Source: Polymyxa betae A26-41
Lineage: Eukaryota; Protista; Endomyxa: Phytomyxea
Assembly (NCBI GenBank): GCA_003693705.1
Contig: RBZT01000420.1
Location: forward strand, 1 to 40,044
Reading direction: 5' to 3'
DNA length: 40,044 nt
Under the pieces are notes generated by a model that saw only the letters and a program-made list of their open reading frames with translations, was not told where the DNA came from and did not search any database. The translations under genes were made by a program, and so were the position numbers. Of the stretch, positions 37,404 to 40,044 are shown in pieces. Numbering within the stretch: the first letter of the stretch is position 1; each line of letters opens with the position of its first letter.

Positions 37404-39532
37404 ATGGGATCATCGGATTCGGAAGATGATCTCGCTATTATCCAGGCTATTGTTAGCTGCCTCCAGTCCACTACGACAGTGCTTCTGGCTGATGGGCTGC
37501 CTCCAGTCCACTACGACAGTGCTTCTGGCTGATGGGAGGAGATCGAAGCGAGCTAGGACCGATCAGGTTACTTTCCGAAATGAAACTTGGAAGAATGTTT
37601 ATTCAGCAGATGGAAACGGATGGTTTCATGCCAATTTGCGGATGAATCGCTGCTCTTTTGAATTCATCGCAGACCGCATAGAGTCTGCAGCATCCACTCT
37701 AGGTTTGAGTTTGCTTCCAGCTGAGAACGCGTGCATCGATTATAAGATGAAGCTTGCAATGACCATGGCGTACCTTGCACAGGAGTCGGGCTTCCAAAAG
37801 AGTCGCGCAATGTAATTACCTCGAGTAGGTCCTTGTCACCGGAGACGAGGCCTCTCACTGGTAGCAGTGGGCTGCGCCCCCCAAGAACGCACCACTGGCA
37901 GAGCGCAGCCCTGGCAACAGCCATGGCAAGACTCCACTGTGAGAGCGCAACCATGGCAACACCAGTCAGGCAACGCACCACTGGGACACAGTCAGCACCA
38001 GGGTCGGCCCCCAGTGGCAGAAGAATATATGGCCCAGCCCCAATATAAGATTCCTTATATAAGGCGCCTCTGGCGTCATAATTCAGTCATTCTGGTTGTC
38101 ACTGTGTTCTACTCACACCAAAATCATCTTTATGGAGGCGAGCGACTCTGCACTCTTTGGCGTGCCGGTCCCCCTACGCGCCACACTGGTCCTGATCATT
38201 AATGCCGTGATCCCCATCATCCTGAAGGCGGTCAAATCGGCGTTTAATACGCAACGGATTATTTATAATCTAGAGCGTGCGTCTGCTGCAACAATTGCTG
38301 CTGTCACTGCACCAGCAGTTGACATGTCGGACACTGACGGTACCGAGCAATGCCCATCTTCGTAGTTGGATATCTCGAGCACCTATGGGATCTTGTTGTT
38401 CTCACTACCCAAAAGCGGTACCCGCTTGATGGGCAAGGAAATTACACAACAGATCATCGCACGAACCACCCGGGAAATTATTGCTAATAGCCTGGGTCCT
38501 CTGCGAAAAGAACTCGATGAGCTTAATCGTATGATCCATCCCGACGGCGTCCGAAATCAACTACAGATGGAGGTTAGCCGTTCGGGACTGTTGGTTCCGC
38601 AGGAGCAACGGCTAGTTTATTTGGAGTTGCCAAAGCAACGGCTATTGTCCTGATCAATAACATGATGGACGTTCTACAGAAGATGGCGCCATTGGTTGTT
38701 AAAGTTGGGACCTTTTGCTTGTTTTATTCCTGATCTGAAATTATTATTAGATGCCTGACAGAATAGATGAATGGACTGTTGTAGCTGATGGATCCGAAAA
38801 AATTCGTGGCTATCCAGATGTAGTAGGCGCCATTGACGGGACTTTGATAGAAGTTGAACGTCCACAATATCATGAAGGGTAAGATAGATCGTTTATTTCT
38901 GCTGTCGACTTCACAAACAAAATAATTGATTTTAATAAACTCAGATGGTATTGTAGAAAAGGATTTCCTGCAGTCAATATGCAGGCGATTGTCGATAGTC
39001 AAGCCAGATTCATGGATTATTCAATTCGACCAGGGTCTTGTAGTGACAAGAATCTGTGGAACATGTCCACGATCGGTCAGAGTATTGCACACATTATCCC
39101 TCGAGGAATGCATCTCGTGGGCGACGCAGGCTATTCTCTAACTAGCTCAATAATGATTCATATCCTATTGCAGAGGATTTGCCAAAGGACCAGTCCAAAT
39201 TCAATTATTTGCATTCCAGCACAAGGATTTGTGTTGAACGGGCATTCGGCTTACTGAAGGGACGGTGGAGAATATTGAAACGAGCCCTAAATATGAAATC
39301 CCCAGAGAGCATAGGGCGTACAGTAGTCTCTTGCATGGTTTTACACAATCTGACCATGGAGGCTAAAGATACTTTCAAAATTAAGAAGAGCGAAAGAGCT
39401 GACCCTTTCCGAGGACAGCATTCAAGATGGATCGATTGTCGTTTGGGGGATAAAGAGCATGCGAGATTCAAGCGGGAGCAAATCAAAGAGTACTTGATGA
39501 AAATCGATGTCCAAAAGCAAAGGCCAACTTAA
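37404..39532 (+). pseudogene. Harbinger DDE transposase, disrupted, intron-containing
   Basis: WFHANLRMNRCSF; HTH KLAMTMAYLAQESGFQ/ATASLFGVAKAT; GAIDGTLIEVERP; WYCRKGFPAVNMQAIVD; GDAGY; VERAFGLLKGRWRIL. Introns at 38704-38750 and 38879-38944. Lesions: 40-bp duplication, 0.8-kb insertion, 1-nt deletion near 39159. Confidence 0.9.
37456..37535. repeat. Perfect 40-bp tandem duplication
   Basis: GCTGCCTCCAGTCCACTACGACAGTGCTTCTGGCTGATGG twice. Confidence 0.95.
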
Positions 39533-39567
39533 TGTTTAGAGCTCTGATGGAATGTATTTCTTAGGAA

Positions 39568-40044
39568 TTATTTGGCGAGTCTTTCTGCGATGGTATTGAG
39601 AGCAGATAACATTGATTGTAACAAGGCAGTCTGCTGACCGGATGTAGCCTGCTGCTCCGACTGTAAGTGCTCAAGCTTTGCTATGATCTTACCTTCGGCA
39701 GAAGCGACACTGTTTTTAGCTGAGCGCGCTGCTGCAAGCTCAGATATTGAAGCAGCAACGCTTACCATCCCAGATTCGACGCATTCGCCCAAGGTTTTCG
39801 GACCGTTGGGTTTTCTCTCCTTCTCTTTCAGGTCTTCCTGAGCCTGTGATTTAACAGGCACTGTCATGACCCTGTCCTGCAGTTCCTACATCCCGTCACA
39901 GTGTTTCGTCCCGTGAATCTAGCTACTGTAGTTGTATACCCGATCTCGATCGACTTCCTCCTCCTGACGTCTCGTCGAGCATTCCGTATCATCTAAGTTT
40001 GCCTCTCACCTACCTTCTCCTCCTCTTCCTCCTTTCTAATACAT
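39568..40044 (-). CDS. 3' part of the probable Harbinger accessory ORF (partial)
   Basis: Convergent on the transposase, stops 35 bp apart, with a helical C-terminus. Harbinger elements usually carry a Myb/SANT-like second gene, but no such domain is visible in this window. Confidence 0.55.

Larger units (their letters stand above)
37281..40044 (+). mobile_element. PIF/Harbinger DNA transposon (right end beyond the window)
   Basis: Putative left end GGGGCGCAATTTCC at 37281, 9-bp palindrome at 37311-37329, DDE transposase and a convergent second ORF, the typical Harbinger layout. TIR and TSD cannot be confirmed without the other end. Confidence 0.8.

Noticed and set aside
36030-37535. CRISPR-like array from short repeats
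   Set aside because: Eukaryotic DNA; repeats are hAT subterminal motifs or two-copy tandem duplications without spacers.

Overview
Eukaryotic nuclear DNA, standard genetic code, with many short spliceosomal introns (mostly 43-66 nt). Because of this the ORF track fragments real genes and misses some. Positions 1-29.6 kb are a gene-dense core. It holds two identical tRNA-Arg(UCG) genes in inverted orientation, a GT61 glycosyltransferase, an 8.3-kb WDR90 (centriolar WD40) gene, glutamine synthetase II, tRNA-Ser(CGA), meiotic HOP2, a 59-aa CDC26, an SMP/C2 extended-synaptotagmin-like gene, a Na+/K+-ATPase-related P-type pump and an RNF121-like RING ligase. Positions ~31-40 kb are a transposon graveyard: a MULE relic, a DIRS-like gag relic, a hAT-type MITE, a truncated Ty3/gypsy gag, and an intron-containing PIF/Harbinger element carrying an 0.8-kb insertion. 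Gene content suggests a flagellated, probably sexual microbial eukaryote; the taxon cannot be determined from the sequence alone. The best leads are: a P-type pump with a rewired ion-binding pocket; a lipid-transfer tether predicted to end in a CaaX box; a cluster of stop-free 3n introns plus unusual splice junctions; and an insertion in the Harbinger transposase whose ends form an in-frame GT-AG intron. No clear multi-gene novel system is evident. All homology calls come from remembered family motifs, not database searches.
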